Of a DNA stretch of 64,000 nt, positions 36,446 through 47,302 are shown one piece after another (positions within the stretch are counted from its first letter, which is position 1; the number at the start of each line of letters is the position of its first letter). A model generated the notes under the pieces. The model was not told where the DNA came from. It did no database searches and was given only the letters and a program-made list of their open reading frames with translations. The position numbers were made by a program, and so were the translations under genes. This DNA is from Diadema antillarum (lineage: Eukaryota). The DNA is taken from contig NW_027271016.1 in assembly GCF_040938485.1 (NCBI RefSeq), positions 1,844,436 through 1,908,435 of the forward strand. Reading direction: 5' to 3'.

Positions 36446-36894
36446 CTACAAGGAATTCAATCACAAATGTTCATGGACATCAGGGGGCATTTCATGAAGC
36501 ATTTTGTCCGACAAAGTTGTCGGACAAATTTGCTCTCAGCCACTCACATGCAAGGATCTTAATAGCTTGTAACAGTATGTCGGAAAAATATCCGACCAAA
36601 ACGTTTCATGAAAGGCCCCTCCCCCGATGATAAAGTATATTCAGCGGTGACACAACAGTTGATTCTGCGACAATACAATGTTCCGGTCTTATTTTCTCCA
36701 AGGACTAAAGATTAGGGTTAGGGTTGTGATAAAGTTCTACAACTGTAGGTTTAGTTTGATATGAGGGTTAGGATTAGGGTTAGGGTTAGGGTTATGTTGG
36801 TAGGAAGAATTCAATTTTAGCATACCGTGCAGAAATATCATGGGAGTATATCTCGCAGGAGCAAATGTCACGGAACCATTTTCAACTCATTTTT

Positions 36895-37045
36895 AGTGAC
36901 CCTAAAGCCCGCCGCACACTATTCGACTCACGACTAGACAGACTTTGGATCTGAAATAAACAAGCGTGTTTATGGTGAGGCTATTGTGATTTATTTCGGA
37001 TCCAAAGTCTGTCAGTCGTATAGTCGTGAGTTGTATAGTGTGTGG
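36895..37045. mobile_element. Short foldback/MITE-like palindrome (~55-bp arms)
   Basis: agcccgccgcacactattcgactcacgactagacagactttggatctgaaataaa is the reverse complement of tttatttcggatccaaagtctgtcagtcgtatagtcgtgagttgtatagtgtgtggcgggct. Confidence 0.7.
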
Positions 37046-37702
37046 CGGGCTAATATGAACTTTAACGAGACGTCGCGTCGTTGTAAAGCGCTAGTAAAGG
37101 ATATTTACCCTGACGGTCATGGACTATAGTGTGAGTGACATCTTGACGGTTAAAAAAATTGAATATTCAAAGTAAAAAGTAAAATGGAAGTCAATTTCAG
37201 TTTATTCTGTTCTTACTGTATTAAAAGTGTAGGTCAAGCACAGATATATTACGTGACATTTCTAAATTAATCTTCGTGCCATTTATGAAGGGCTCAGTAA
37301 TGTGAGTCGATAACTATCTTGATTTCCAACAATAGTCTACCACTGATTGATATTCCAGACAATAGATTTCAGCAGCCGATGTTCATAACGGATTGTATTG
37401 TTAAACTGTATTGAACATAGAACATTCTTGATGAACATCTGCTACAATCTGATTTGATAACTATCTTTTCAACGATGCCCCATCACTAATCATCATTCAA
37501 GACAGTTGATTTCAGCAGACTATCATAACGAATAAAATTGTTTGCTGTGTTGAATATAAAACATTCTTTACGAAGAAGTGTTGATTCCCCGGAGCTCCAT
37601 TTAAATGCTTCCCCGTCATCGTGTTGCGGTAAGCTTTGGGTTAAATGACAGGTGTGAAATGGGCAAAGGACGAAGATAGTAAATGAGGGAAGAGACTCCA
37701 AC

Positions 37703-37801
37703 CTCGTCCTGTCTCCAAAGTAAAGACCAGCTCCGAGCAGTCCTTCGTCTCGCCTCGATCCGTCGAACATTTCCACAACGATTTTCGGCATAAGCAAGCC
37801 C
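37703..37801 (-). CDS. PARP4: PARP4 exon (PARP catalytic, NAD-binding G-x-G-x-YF motif)
   Basis: Acceptor ccactgcag|G and donor ACGAG|gttgga. The translation (R)GLLMPKIVVEMFDGSRRDEGLLGAGLYFGDRT aligns to the human segment CRGLLLPKVVEDRGVQRTDVGNLGSGIYFSDSL. Confidence 0.85.
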
Positions 37802-37837
37802 CTGCAGTGGAACAAACATAACCACGGACATCAACAC

Positions 37838-37852
37838 ACCGATGGACGCACG

Positions 37853-37878
<26 letters not shown>
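37838..37878. repeat. (GT)n/(CA)n microsatellite
   Basis: cacacacacacacacacacacacgcacacacac. Confidence 0.9.
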
Positions 37879-37884
<6 letters not shown>

Positions 37885-38579
37885 CACTTATTTCTTTATA
37901 CAATGTACTTGTAGAAGAGTAGGAAACCAATAAATTGGGGTGCAACTCAGATGAGATCAGATCGGATCAGAACTACGATGCCATGGCGACTAGAAAGTGC
38001 CATGTTTGTTTGTTTTTTATTAACGCAATATTAGAGAGACCAGTGAATTGATATCGATAATTAGGTTTTTACAGAAGAATGTTGGTACATAAGCATTCAC
38101 AATGAACATAATGATAATTTGCGATGATGATATTCACCACTTTCATCACCACCATCATTACCATAATAAAATAACAGCCATTACCACGGCAAAAGAAGAA
38201 GAAAAAAAGTATATGAGAATTCAGTTACTTTCAATTCAACCTATGCGCCTTCCTTTGTCATAAATTTCTCCAAAGTAATGTAGGGTGAAAACAAAATGGT
38301 ATGGGGTATAACAAACAACAGTTGCTTTCTTTATCAACAGTTATCGTATTTCTAACACCGTCAAAATAATTATCTAGATTTTTACATATTGTTGGACCAA
38401 CATATTTGGGATAGATAAACCAGCGCCATCATAGTGACTTCAAGTATATTTCTAGAAAACATACTGTGAAACTTGCATTGTGATACCCTTGATAAAAATT
38501 AAGATATCGTTTTTGGTGGACGTTACTCTCTGTAGCCAATATCAAAATTGAAATGTATTCCCTTATTTAGATGTAGGCA

Positions 38580-38582
<3 letters not shown>

Positions 38583-38627
<45 letters not shown>

Positions 38628-38652
38628 TTATTTATTTATTTATTTATTTATA
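38583..38652. repeat. (AT)n then (TTTA)n microsatellite
   Basis: tatatatatatata... then tttatttatttatttattta. Confidence 0.9.
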
Positions 38653-38680
38653 TCTGTCACATATTTTTTGAAATTCTGAC

Positions 38681-38818
38681 CTTGATAGGATGCCAAGGAT
38701 GCTGGCTGGCTTGGAGGCGTGGAAGAGCAGTCTGTCGTTGCCTATCCCACGGTCGAATCCCTCCTCTTCGGGCGGCCTACTCACCGCGTAGATGCGAAGT
38801 GTGTTGATGGTCGTTGCC
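38681..38818 (-). CDS. PARP4: PARP4 exon (PARP catalytic, HGS-motif region)
   Basis: Acceptor cgttttatag|G and donor TCAAG|gtcaga. The translation (R)ATTINTLRIYAVSRPPEEEGFDRGIGNDRLLFHASKPASILGILS aligns to the human segment VDVLQIFRVGRVNETTEFLSKLGNVRPLLHGSPVQNIVGILC. Confidence 0.85.
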
Positions 38819-39673
38819 CTATAAAACGAAGGAAGGATATTCAAAAATAAAAAGGACGGATGACTTATTTGGAACGAATGGAGTAAAAATGGACTAAAAA
38901 TAAAACTCCTCAGAATGGCACAATGAATGTTGACAAAGAAGATGGGTATAGTTCATACGTCGGTCGGAAGTAAGTTGAACTTGATATATTCGGTGAAAGT
39001 TAAGGAGAGCATGGTATGTTATGGTATGGTATGGTTTATTAAATGAAATGTTCTCGCAGCCAAAAGGCTGAATTGCAACATTTGTTCACACAATACATAG
39101 TTGATTAAAAAAGAATGTATTTACAATTTTCGCAATTTCACAGAGAACGCAATTAACGGCAAGGAATTCTGTACCGGAATCTATTTCTGGCGATAACAAA
39201 TAGTGCGTTCTTCTGGAGTATTGGGTTTAGGAAGACAGCTCTACACCGTGTCCTGACTGCACACTAGCATCATATAGTTACGTAACATCCGGATACTGAG
39301 GCTATTGTTTGGAGCCATAACCACTTTCAGTTTCATTTGGCACGACAGAATCTTCAACAAATGAAAACATACAAAGTGCATAGGAAGTCCGTCTGTCACT
39401 GATATATTGTACGTCTATTTGCTAAAAAAAAAAAAAAAAAAAAAGTTGAATTGTCATTTGGCTCCAATATAGGCCTAACAGCTTTACACTTGTATTTGCA
39501 CCTGTTTGACTTATAACTGGCAAAATTTCTTGAACAAAACGTAATGGAAAATGTGTTTCACTGTTACCCAAACATTTCATTGTATCCTCAATTTGTTGGA
39601 GATGAAATAAAACAACTTGAAACTTGAACTTGAGGGTACATTGTTGGCGGAAGCATACTACTGGAGAGTTTAC

Positions 39674-39834
39674 CGAGGAACTGTGGAAAGCACAAGATCT
39701 CTAATCTTCTCGTGCTCCGGATGACCCGGTTCCAGGAACCGGATGTAGCATCTCAGCGCCTTGTACTTGGCCTGCGTCGTCGGCTGCTGCCGCCAGCCAG
39801 TTTCCTCGCTGATGTACACGATATCCCGGATCAT
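39674..39834 (-). CDS. PARP4: PARP4 exon (PARP regulatory/helical domain end)
   Basis: Acceptor gcggttttag|ATG and donor CCTCG|gtaaac. The translation MIRDIVYISEETGWRQQPTTQAKYKALRCYIRFLEPGHPEHEKIRDLVLSTVP aligns to the human segment LIRDMVNVCETNLSKPNPPSLAKYRALRCKIEHVEQNTEEFLRVRKEVLQN. Confidence 0.85.
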
Positions 39835-41653
39835 CTAAAACCGCATCCGTACATCGAAATTCACATTATTAGTCATTTTGTTTCCCTCTTGTGAAACAAC
39901 AGTATAATACGGATCATGAGACTGTTCTGAAACTGTCGTGCACACTACCAAGATTATGCTTCACTAACTAATCATACGTGGTTGTGTTCACAAAGATATC
40001 CCCACTAGTTTTTGATTGAGTTTTGGTAGATATACGAGTATTTACATTTCACGTATGTACTTGCACGGAGATGAATACTCACTCATATAAATTTTGCAGC
40101 ATTGCCGGAAACGTATTTCGGCTTTTACGTATCAAATATGACTTTCGGAGAAGGTGTGAAGGACGCCTCTGCTGGATTGTCAACCAAAAACCTAATTTCG
40201 GGGGTTTTTTTTGTGTGTGTGTGCATTATGCACGACAAACTGAAAAGATGTAAGAAGATGACATCACTGGGTAAACTAAAACTTTCCTTTGAGGTTGCGC
40301 CCAAATTAACATGCGGCGAAAACATTTTCATGCGAAACTTTCCTTTACATCGGTATTTCATATCCGATGTTGAGGACACTTCTAGCAATCTTCTCCTCTG
40401 GCATTAAACTATTTATCAGTAATCAATCTAAGCCTTCTGATTTTATTTTTTGCTTAACAGTATGTATTACCCCAATGTCAAGAGAAATAAACTTATGAAA
40501 ATAAGTATTTCATTTCATTTTATTGTTTCTGTATGGCACAATATAATCAACTCTGATCACTTTCAGAAATAAACATATGATTCATAATAATTCATGGCTG
40601 ATTTTGCACATGACAGGTAATCAAATCTTAGTGACAAAGAACAAAGACATAATGATAATAAACAAAAAGTCAAGGTACCATACAGGAGGATCCCCAGTAA
40701 GCCGAGCTTGATATCGGGGCCTCATACACAGATAAATGAATAAACAGTTTCAACCAACTGTCGGTTCACTTAACTACAACAAGACAAACTAGTTTTACAC
40801 AACAAAAACAGTTACATAACAAAACATACACGGACATGTACGCAGGTGATGCTAAGAAAGAAAAATAAAGAAGAAGGGGACAGCGATAATGAAAGATGGT
40901 GAGAAAGAACAGGAGACAGAGAGAAATAGAAAGACCCTCGTTCACTGTACAATAACACACTGTGCAAATACAACACTATTGCAGGTGCATACACCCTGTT
41001 GCCAGGTAACGGCTGGGTGTAGCAACGTACGGACCAGTTACATCTGTATATAAAAACAGAGAAACATTCCATGGCATGCCTACAACAGAAGGCAGAGTAC
41101 AACATAGAATGAAGATGCTTCAAGTAACAAAAGAAATTCATGTTCTGGATATGTTAATTAAGTCACTGATATTTAGCAACAAGCATATGTTTAACAAATC
41201 TTTTGAAGGAACCAATCGTGCGAATTGCACGGGACTGAGATGGTAAAGAATTCCATACGTCTGGGCCAGTGTGCCGAATTGATTTTTTAGCTAAACAAGT
41301 TCTGGGATTTATAAGATGAATATTGGAGGCATTTCTTGTAGGGCAGGAGTGGATTTGTTTATTGAGTTGGAAAATATTCTATTGTGCTGGAAACTGTTCG
41401 CTAAGTCTCGAGTGTATTCAAGATGGGTGTAGTTTCAGTATTAAATCAAAACATGACACTAAGATGTGCATTTTGTGTGCGCATATATATCTCTTGTGTA
41501 TGAATAGGTGTGGATTGTTGTAAAAAACAAATTACAATTGCAAAACAAACTACAATTTGCTGCGTCTCCTTTCAGAGCATTATAAGATGAAAAGAAAACT
41601 TGCCAATACTTCTAGATTGATTCCCAGTTTTCCCCCAATGCTTTCCCGCTAAC

Positions 41654-41923
41654 CTGACAGAGATCCAGTTTGAGAGCCACGTTGCTCTTGCGCAGCAGCG
41701 AACTGCGCATTTCCTCCTTGTGCGGTATTAAGTCGTAGAATTCCTTTTCCAGCTCTTCCAGTTTCTCCTCCTCCTCCTCCTCTTCGCGGTCTGCATCCGA
41801 GGATTCTTCTCTCCCTTGTAGGTCCTCGTCATCCTCGTCGTCCCCTTCTTTTCTCTCATCGTATGGACGTCGTCGCTGCAGAAGGTGCCAAAGCTGATGA
41901 AGGATGGCTTCGGCCTTGGCAAC
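41654..41923 (-). CDS. PARP4: PARP4 exon (PARP helical domain, 90 codons)
   Basis: Acceptor cttcttcctag|GTT and donor CAG|gttagc. The translation VAKAEAILHQLWHLLQRRRPYDERKEGDDEDDEDLQGREESSDADREEEEEEKLEELEKEFYDLIPHKEEMRSSLLRKSNVALKLDLCQ aligns to the human segment VSKAEGILLLVKAALKNGETAEQLQKMMTEFYRLIPHKGTMPKEVNLGLLAKKADLCQ. An acidic insertion is present. Confidence 0.85.
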
Positions 41924-42134
41924 CTAGGAAGAAGGGTTGCCAATTTTGTGAAGTAGCGCGAAATTATAGCAGTGAAGAGGATTATCTGCATCCACACGAG
42001 GAGCGATTTCAGGATGCGTTTATTGTAATGAGAACCAACCCGCTTTCTTTTGAAGCTGATCGACATCATACACTGACAACAAAAGAAAATGTCCACTTTT
42101 TAGAACAGTTCCTTTAATCAGCTTCCTTTTTATT

Positions 42135-42145
42135 CATTCATCTAT

Positions 42146-42204
<59 letters not shown>

Positions 42205-42208
42205 CATT
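42135..42208. repeat. (TTTA)n microsatellite (~16 units)
   Basis: atttatttatttatttattt... Confidence 0.95.
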
Positions 42209-42331
42209 TCGAAAGGAGGATTTCGAGCAAGACTCCTTGGGTGTCTGTGTCCGCATTAATTATTTCATTATAACGGGGCCCCGTAACATTTTTTTTTTTT
42301 TAAATTAAGCTGGGGGTGGGTGGGAGTAGTG

Positions 42332-42337
<6 letters not shown>

Positions 42338-42386
<49 letters not shown>

Positions 42387-42388
42387 GG
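42338..42388. repeat. (CT)n microsatellite
   Basis: ctctctctctctctctctctctctttctctctctctctctct, flanked by a C9 run. Confidence 0.9.
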
Positions 42389-42484
42389 GGATCCCCTCGA
42401 CAGTCATTGGTTTTGCTCATTTTTTGTCGGCTTCAACTTATCTTTTGAGCCATTATGTGCATGGGTGCCACCAATGTCATTTAC

Positions 42485-42628
42485 CTGACCCGGAAGTATG
42501 GTCTCAACCCTGACCGAGAGATTTTCGCGGAGAGTTCCCATGGCCTCTTTCCAGACGTTGTCTACGAGTTGGGCCACCTCGTCCGATAGCGACTCTGAAG
42601 GCGAGTAAGTTTCCCGGTACAACAAGGT
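42485..42628 (-). CDS. PARP4: PARP4 exon (48 codons)
   Basis: Acceptor cccatatag|ACC and donor CAG|gtaaat. The translation TLLYRETYSPSESLSDEVAQLVDNVWKEAMGTLRENLSVRVETILPGQ aligns to the human segment ALLLEEVMNSSTLSQEVSDLVEMIWAEALGHLEHMLLKPVNRISLNDV. Confidence 0.8.
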
Positions 42629-43381
42629 CTATATGGGTATCAAAGTGAAAATTATGATGCTATTAGTTTTCCATCAACCTATCGTTGCACTATTAAAAGT
42701 GTATCCGTTGAGGATATCCAGACCCAACACAGGGACGAAAGGAAGTTTAGTGAATAGGAAAAAAATCGTTTGTTGCACTAAATGAAGGGTAAGTCTGTAT
42801 TCTCGTTATATTGCAAGATGGATTACAAAAGATCACGCATAAATGCAAAGAAAAAAGTCGATCAGGATTCAGCAGCATAACAACAAAAACAGCTACGAAT
42901 CTAAATGGAAACATCTGGCACATAAACATATTCCCATTTTATTATCAACCAGTGTCCAGGGTTCTGCGTTGTAATGGGCTGGTCTAGGCAGACATTAAAA
43001 ACTGAGAATGATTTTCCCTGACGAGCTAGTATAAGTAACAAGTTTTTCAATTAACATTTATTATATTTACTGAATATATTCATGTTAACAATTGGAATTG
43101 TATTTGCATGTATTAACACAGGTAAGCTTATTGACTGAATAGTAACTTTCGAGTCTCTATACTGGAGTCTCTACTCATTGCTGGATTGATAATAACTCAC
43201 GTGTCTTTGCAGGTCGTATAATTATACCATTACGTGAATACACGTATAATTCTTATCATAATGTGGTTAATGGCTACAGTATAAATGTATAATTATATAA
43301 TATCCCACGTATATGATGATCATGCGTATGTGTGTCTGCGTGTGATGTGTATTCGCTTCCATATCTTTGCTAATCGCACAC

Positions 43382-43459
43382 ATTAACAAGAGACTTTTCC
43401 GAAGTGTCATTTGGGTGAAGTTCAAAGTACATGTCCACGCTCTCCATGAACAAAGTAAT
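43382..43459 (-). CDS. PARP4: PARP4 exon (26 codons)
   Basis: Acceptor tttcttttcagtcgacctaag|ATT and donor AAT|gtgtgc. The translation ITLFMESVDMYFELHPNDTSEKSLVN aligns to the human segment GFLLREHFTPEATQLASEQLQA. It is phase 0 to 0. An alternative acceptor 9 nt upstream (ttttcag|TCG) would break the frame. Confidence 0.65.
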
Positions 43460-43743
43460 CTTAGGTCGACTGAAAAGAAACAAAACCAAACAAAACGAAG
43501 CAAAACAAAATAGAGTCAAACGAAACAAATAAAATGAAGGAAAGTTTCTTTAAATCTGTTTTGAATTGAAAAAAAAAGTGTAGTGCAACTATACACATTG
43601 ACTTGTATTGATTCACAAAACCTGGATTGTTGCTCATTTTCCCAAAAGAATATCTAAATACGTGTCATATAATTTCCTATAATATTTCTACTATTTCCCT
43701 TTAGAGTGCTTGGTACGCCCACAAATAAGAAACAACAACCAAC

Positions 43744-43747
<4 letters not shown>

Positions 43748-43788
<41 letters not shown>

Positions 43789-43790
43789 CT
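43748..43790. repeat. (CA)n microsatellite
   Basis: acacacacacacacacacacacacacacacacacacacac. Confidence 0.95.
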
Positions 43791-45903
43791 TTCAGACCAA
43801 CATTCCGCCAGTGATATCATTACGTGATTGTGTCAATCACTGCTGAAGTACTTACATGATTATCGAAAGACATTTGAATGCACCTTCCCCTATAAACCGC
43901 CCATAACTTGCATGTTTCCCTGCATTGGCTTCTGTTAATCACATTAGTAACGTGGAAACATGCAAGTTATGCTCAGTCTATGGGAAGGTGAATTCTACTG
44001 TCTTTTGTTAATCATGCAATGATTGACAGATGACGTCACTCCTATAGAAGAATCTTGGTAGGGAATTAGGGTTTTCGAAAGTTTATCTCCGGTAATCTGA
44101 AGAAAAACAGTAGACAAATTATTTCTAAATATATGGCACGTAATAAGATATGTATTGGCCACGTAGGTGATGTTGAGGGTATCATTAATCAACGCAAATC
44201 GCCACCCATTTGCATTACATAGTTCCTTTAAGAAGGTCTTATTTTGTTGTTTTCAGTTTTGTTCGTTTTTGTATATGTGATGAAGTTATGCCCCACGTTC
44301 TCTTACACTTCATTTTTTTTTCTCTCCAAATGTCCTCTTTTGAAATGCTTTCAAAACAAAAAAGAAAAATTCATGTCCATTTCACCAAGTTGTTGGATAA
44401 TATAGTGCAGTAATAACCTCGCCGAAGTGAATCTAAAGGGGGAAGGTGTTGGAGTTGGTAAATCATCAACCAAAGACATAATTATTATTATAATGAAGTT
44501 CCTATTTGCGTTCAAACCAACGTGAGATACTAATAATTACAGGACGTCATCACTTCACTTTGTATGTGCACGTGGGTGCGATTACGACCAACATCCCTGT
44601 TTAGTGAGAACCTGCGAAGCCTTTTAAATGAATCCGATTAATTGCTTGTAATCCACGCGTTATATTTTATACCCTTTTAATCAAAGTTATACAGAGTGAC
44701 AGTGCAGTTTTAGGAGCGGCATTTGAGGATGTACATAATTATCAGTGGCCAATTCAAGTAGCATATCATTTTCAAAGTTTTCAATGATTACACTTAGACT
44801 TTGCTTTTATTTGTTCGTTTTCTTTATCTTTTATTTTTTTGGAGGGAGCAGATTCCTGAACAAGAAGACAATCGCAGAAGGAAAAACAAATTGAGGAAAC
44901 ACAGAAAGAGATTTTTTATGTTTCATTTTTTCAAACTGTGCAAGGAATAGTCACTTTTCAATACGTTATTTTGGTCTCATGGTACTTTCCTTGCAGTCCT
45001 TGACAGTAATGGTCTCGAATAGCTCCACTTTATATAGTAAAGATCACTGTCAGAATTGAATCAGAAGTGCATGCTTTGTTTACATTCAACAAAATACAAA
45101 AATAAATGAAACTAATGTAGCAACAAACGTCTGGAATTTCGTAAATGGCAGGATTGTTTCCCAATTAATGTGCACGTTTAATTCATAAAGCGCATAAGAC
45201 CATACCACACACCATTATCTCTTTCATGGGCAGGTAGGCCCTTATTTTGCTTGGATTGAGAAGTGTTTCGAAATATTAACGATATAGGAATGACCTATAC
45301 TGTACTATCTGATTATTGTAGCTGATTATTTGTCATAAGTTGATTTAAATCATGATTTATATCACGATAGGTTGCGGGTTCGCTCATCAAGGGCTCATTG
45401 AATAATAAAGTACAAATAACCCCTAAGAACTTATTTTTAATGAGTTAACCACTAAAGATGACCCCTGTCTTATGACACGTGTTTTCCTTGAACTTAAAAT
45501 CATGATGAAAACGGGGCGTTTTCTTCCTCGTCTTTTGAGGATTAAATACTATATTCTGAGCAATTGATGGCCTGTGGTGGGCAATTGATTAGCAAGGATA
45601 TATGGTACACGCATTATTAGTGTGATTATAAAGAGTAGTTGTTAAAATTATCATTAACATGATCATAATCGATATCATCATTATTGTTATATTGTATCAT
45701 TGCAATCAGCTTCGTTGTCGACTATTGTCATCAACATACTTTTGTATAATGGTTAATATCGTTTTCAATATGACTATTACAGCTGGTTGTCTCTGTTGTT
45801 GTTTTCGTTGGCTTGCTGTCATTGTTGTTTTTGTTTTTGTAGTTGTTGATGTTGATGTTTATGTTGTTGTTGTTATCATTGCGATTTCTTTTACGCGCCC
45901 CAC

Positions 45904-46071
45904 CTTTCTGAGAGCCTCGGATCCGATCCATCTCGAACTGATCTCACCCGATATGGGCTGCATCGGAACGTCTGCGTCCGTGGCCCGCCTCTTGTAGATG
46001 TCCTCGTAGATGCGGAGGGCTTCCTCGGCCGTGGCCGCATAGTGGCACTCGCGCTCCCCGCTCTCCTCGTT
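45904..46071 (-). CDS. PARP4: PARP4 exon 2 (56 codons, region after BRCT)
   Basis: Acceptor catgttcactggcag|AAC and donor AAG|gtgggg. The translation NEESGERECHYAATAEEALRIYEDIYKRRATDADVPMQPISGEISSRWIGSEALRK aligns to the human segment ETRRQFAIKKTSEDASEYFENYIEELKKQGF. An earlier possible donor TCGG|gtgaga at 45948 would break the phase with the next exon, so the longer form is preferred. Confidence 0.65.
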
Positions 46072-46417
46072 CTGCCAGTGAACATGCACACACAGAAATA
46101 AACAAATAAACAAGAGTGTTTCCAAGGTGACGGGATATTATTTGACTTTAATAAGGGGAATCGCGCTGACCGACGAATGTTGGTTTTTCGCCACTCGATC
46201 ACTCACCCCACCCCCATTATTTGTCACCCAACTCATGTTTGACGGCCCTATTACTACCACGAGGGCGATATTAGAGGGATTGGGGGGTCATGATAGGGCT
46301 AGGCTCATGTCTACAGACGTGCCAACTATATAAGGATAGTGATTCATAACTTCCCCTTTATTTGTAAAAGGATAGTTCATCATACAAATGCGTTGCCTTT
46401 CATATAAACACGCACAG

Positions 46418-46472
46418 CACACGCACACACACACACACAAACACACACACAAACACACACACACACACAAGC
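46418..46472. repeat. (CA)n microsatellite
   Basis: cacacgcacacacacacacacaaacacacacacaaacacacacacacacacaa. Confidence 0.9.
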
Positions 46473-46989
46473 CAATTAAAGCTTAAGTTCGGGATGTAGA
46501 TAATAAGTTTAATCTAAAGTATAAGAGCGATACACAGCTTGTGTAAACATTCTTCAGTCACAGTGCAATGTTGCTGCACTGCAGTACATGTAATAAGGAC
46601 CTTTATGACCTGCTGCGTTAACTGTGAACAAAACATGTAAGAAAACCCTCAATATCTTCTTGCAGGGTATCAACATTGATTCTTCAAAACAAAATATCTA
46701 TTTCCCCATTCTCGTAATTAATGTAGAAGAACGCTCTGTGGCGAAAAGACAGGACCTATTTTTACAATCAACCAAGTAATTGAACAGCGAAGGTGGCATA
46801 AATGCGGTATAATTGCCGATAAATGACATTTCTTCTTTTACATTAGCAAGTAGCCTAATCACAGCTTATATTGCTTGTACTCAGTGCTCAAGATTGGCAA
46901 TATTCCTAAACATGAAACAATAAACAAGTCACTACCGATATGATCTTCACCAAGAAGTTTGCGTAATTTTATGAGTACAGCGCGCACTT

Positions 46990-47302
46990 TAAATGAGTCA
47001 TGTCCGGTTCAACTTCCAACGAACAGAGAAAGCAATTACTATATACCGTAGCACTTGCAGTCGATGTCAGATGCGTGACGACTTTAAAGGGGAAGTCACT
47101 GACTGTAGAAATGACGTCGGCACTTCCGTCACAATCATCTCCCGACGGTTGGGGGGCAACAGAGGAAGACGAGCTCGTGGCTGATGCTGACGAAACATTT
47201 CGCTGAATCTCGACGGTAAACAGGCGAGTGTTCCCCGGAGCTGACGAGTGTGTTTCCTTTGAGAAGGAAAATGTCAGAGAGTGCATGTATTATTGACTTC
47301 AT
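46990..47302 (-). CDS. PARP4: PARP4 5' coding region (BRCT domain; ATG at 47300..47302 on the minus strand). Internal structure unresolved
   Basis: Minus-strand ATG gives MKSIIHALSDIFLLKGNTLVSSGEHSPVYRRDSAKCFVSISHELVFL, which aligns to the human segment MVMGIFANCIFCLKVKYLP..GGKFSFSLNPQCTHIILDNADVL. A second frame downstream gives ..SADVISTVSDFPFKVVTHLTSTASATVYSNCFLCSLEVEPD, which aligns to ..ADVLSQYQLNSIQKNHVHIANPDFIWKSIREKRLLDV. The two pieces are offset by one frame, so a micro-intron, a real frameshift or an assembly error lies between them. Confidence 0.4.

Noticed and set aside
45948-46071. Shorter version of PARP4 exon 2 ending at donor TCGG|gtgaga (45948)
   Set aside because: It leaves phase 1 and forces a stop (TAA) in the next exon under its strongest acceptor. 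The longer exon ending at AAG|gtgggg (45904) keeps phase 0 and a clean join to exon 43382..43459.
46993-47206. Two + strand ORFs (63 and 68 aa) overlapping the PARP4 5' coding region
   Set aside because: The minus-strand frames carry the BRCT similarity to PARP4. The + strand ORFs are by-products of the coding-like composition.
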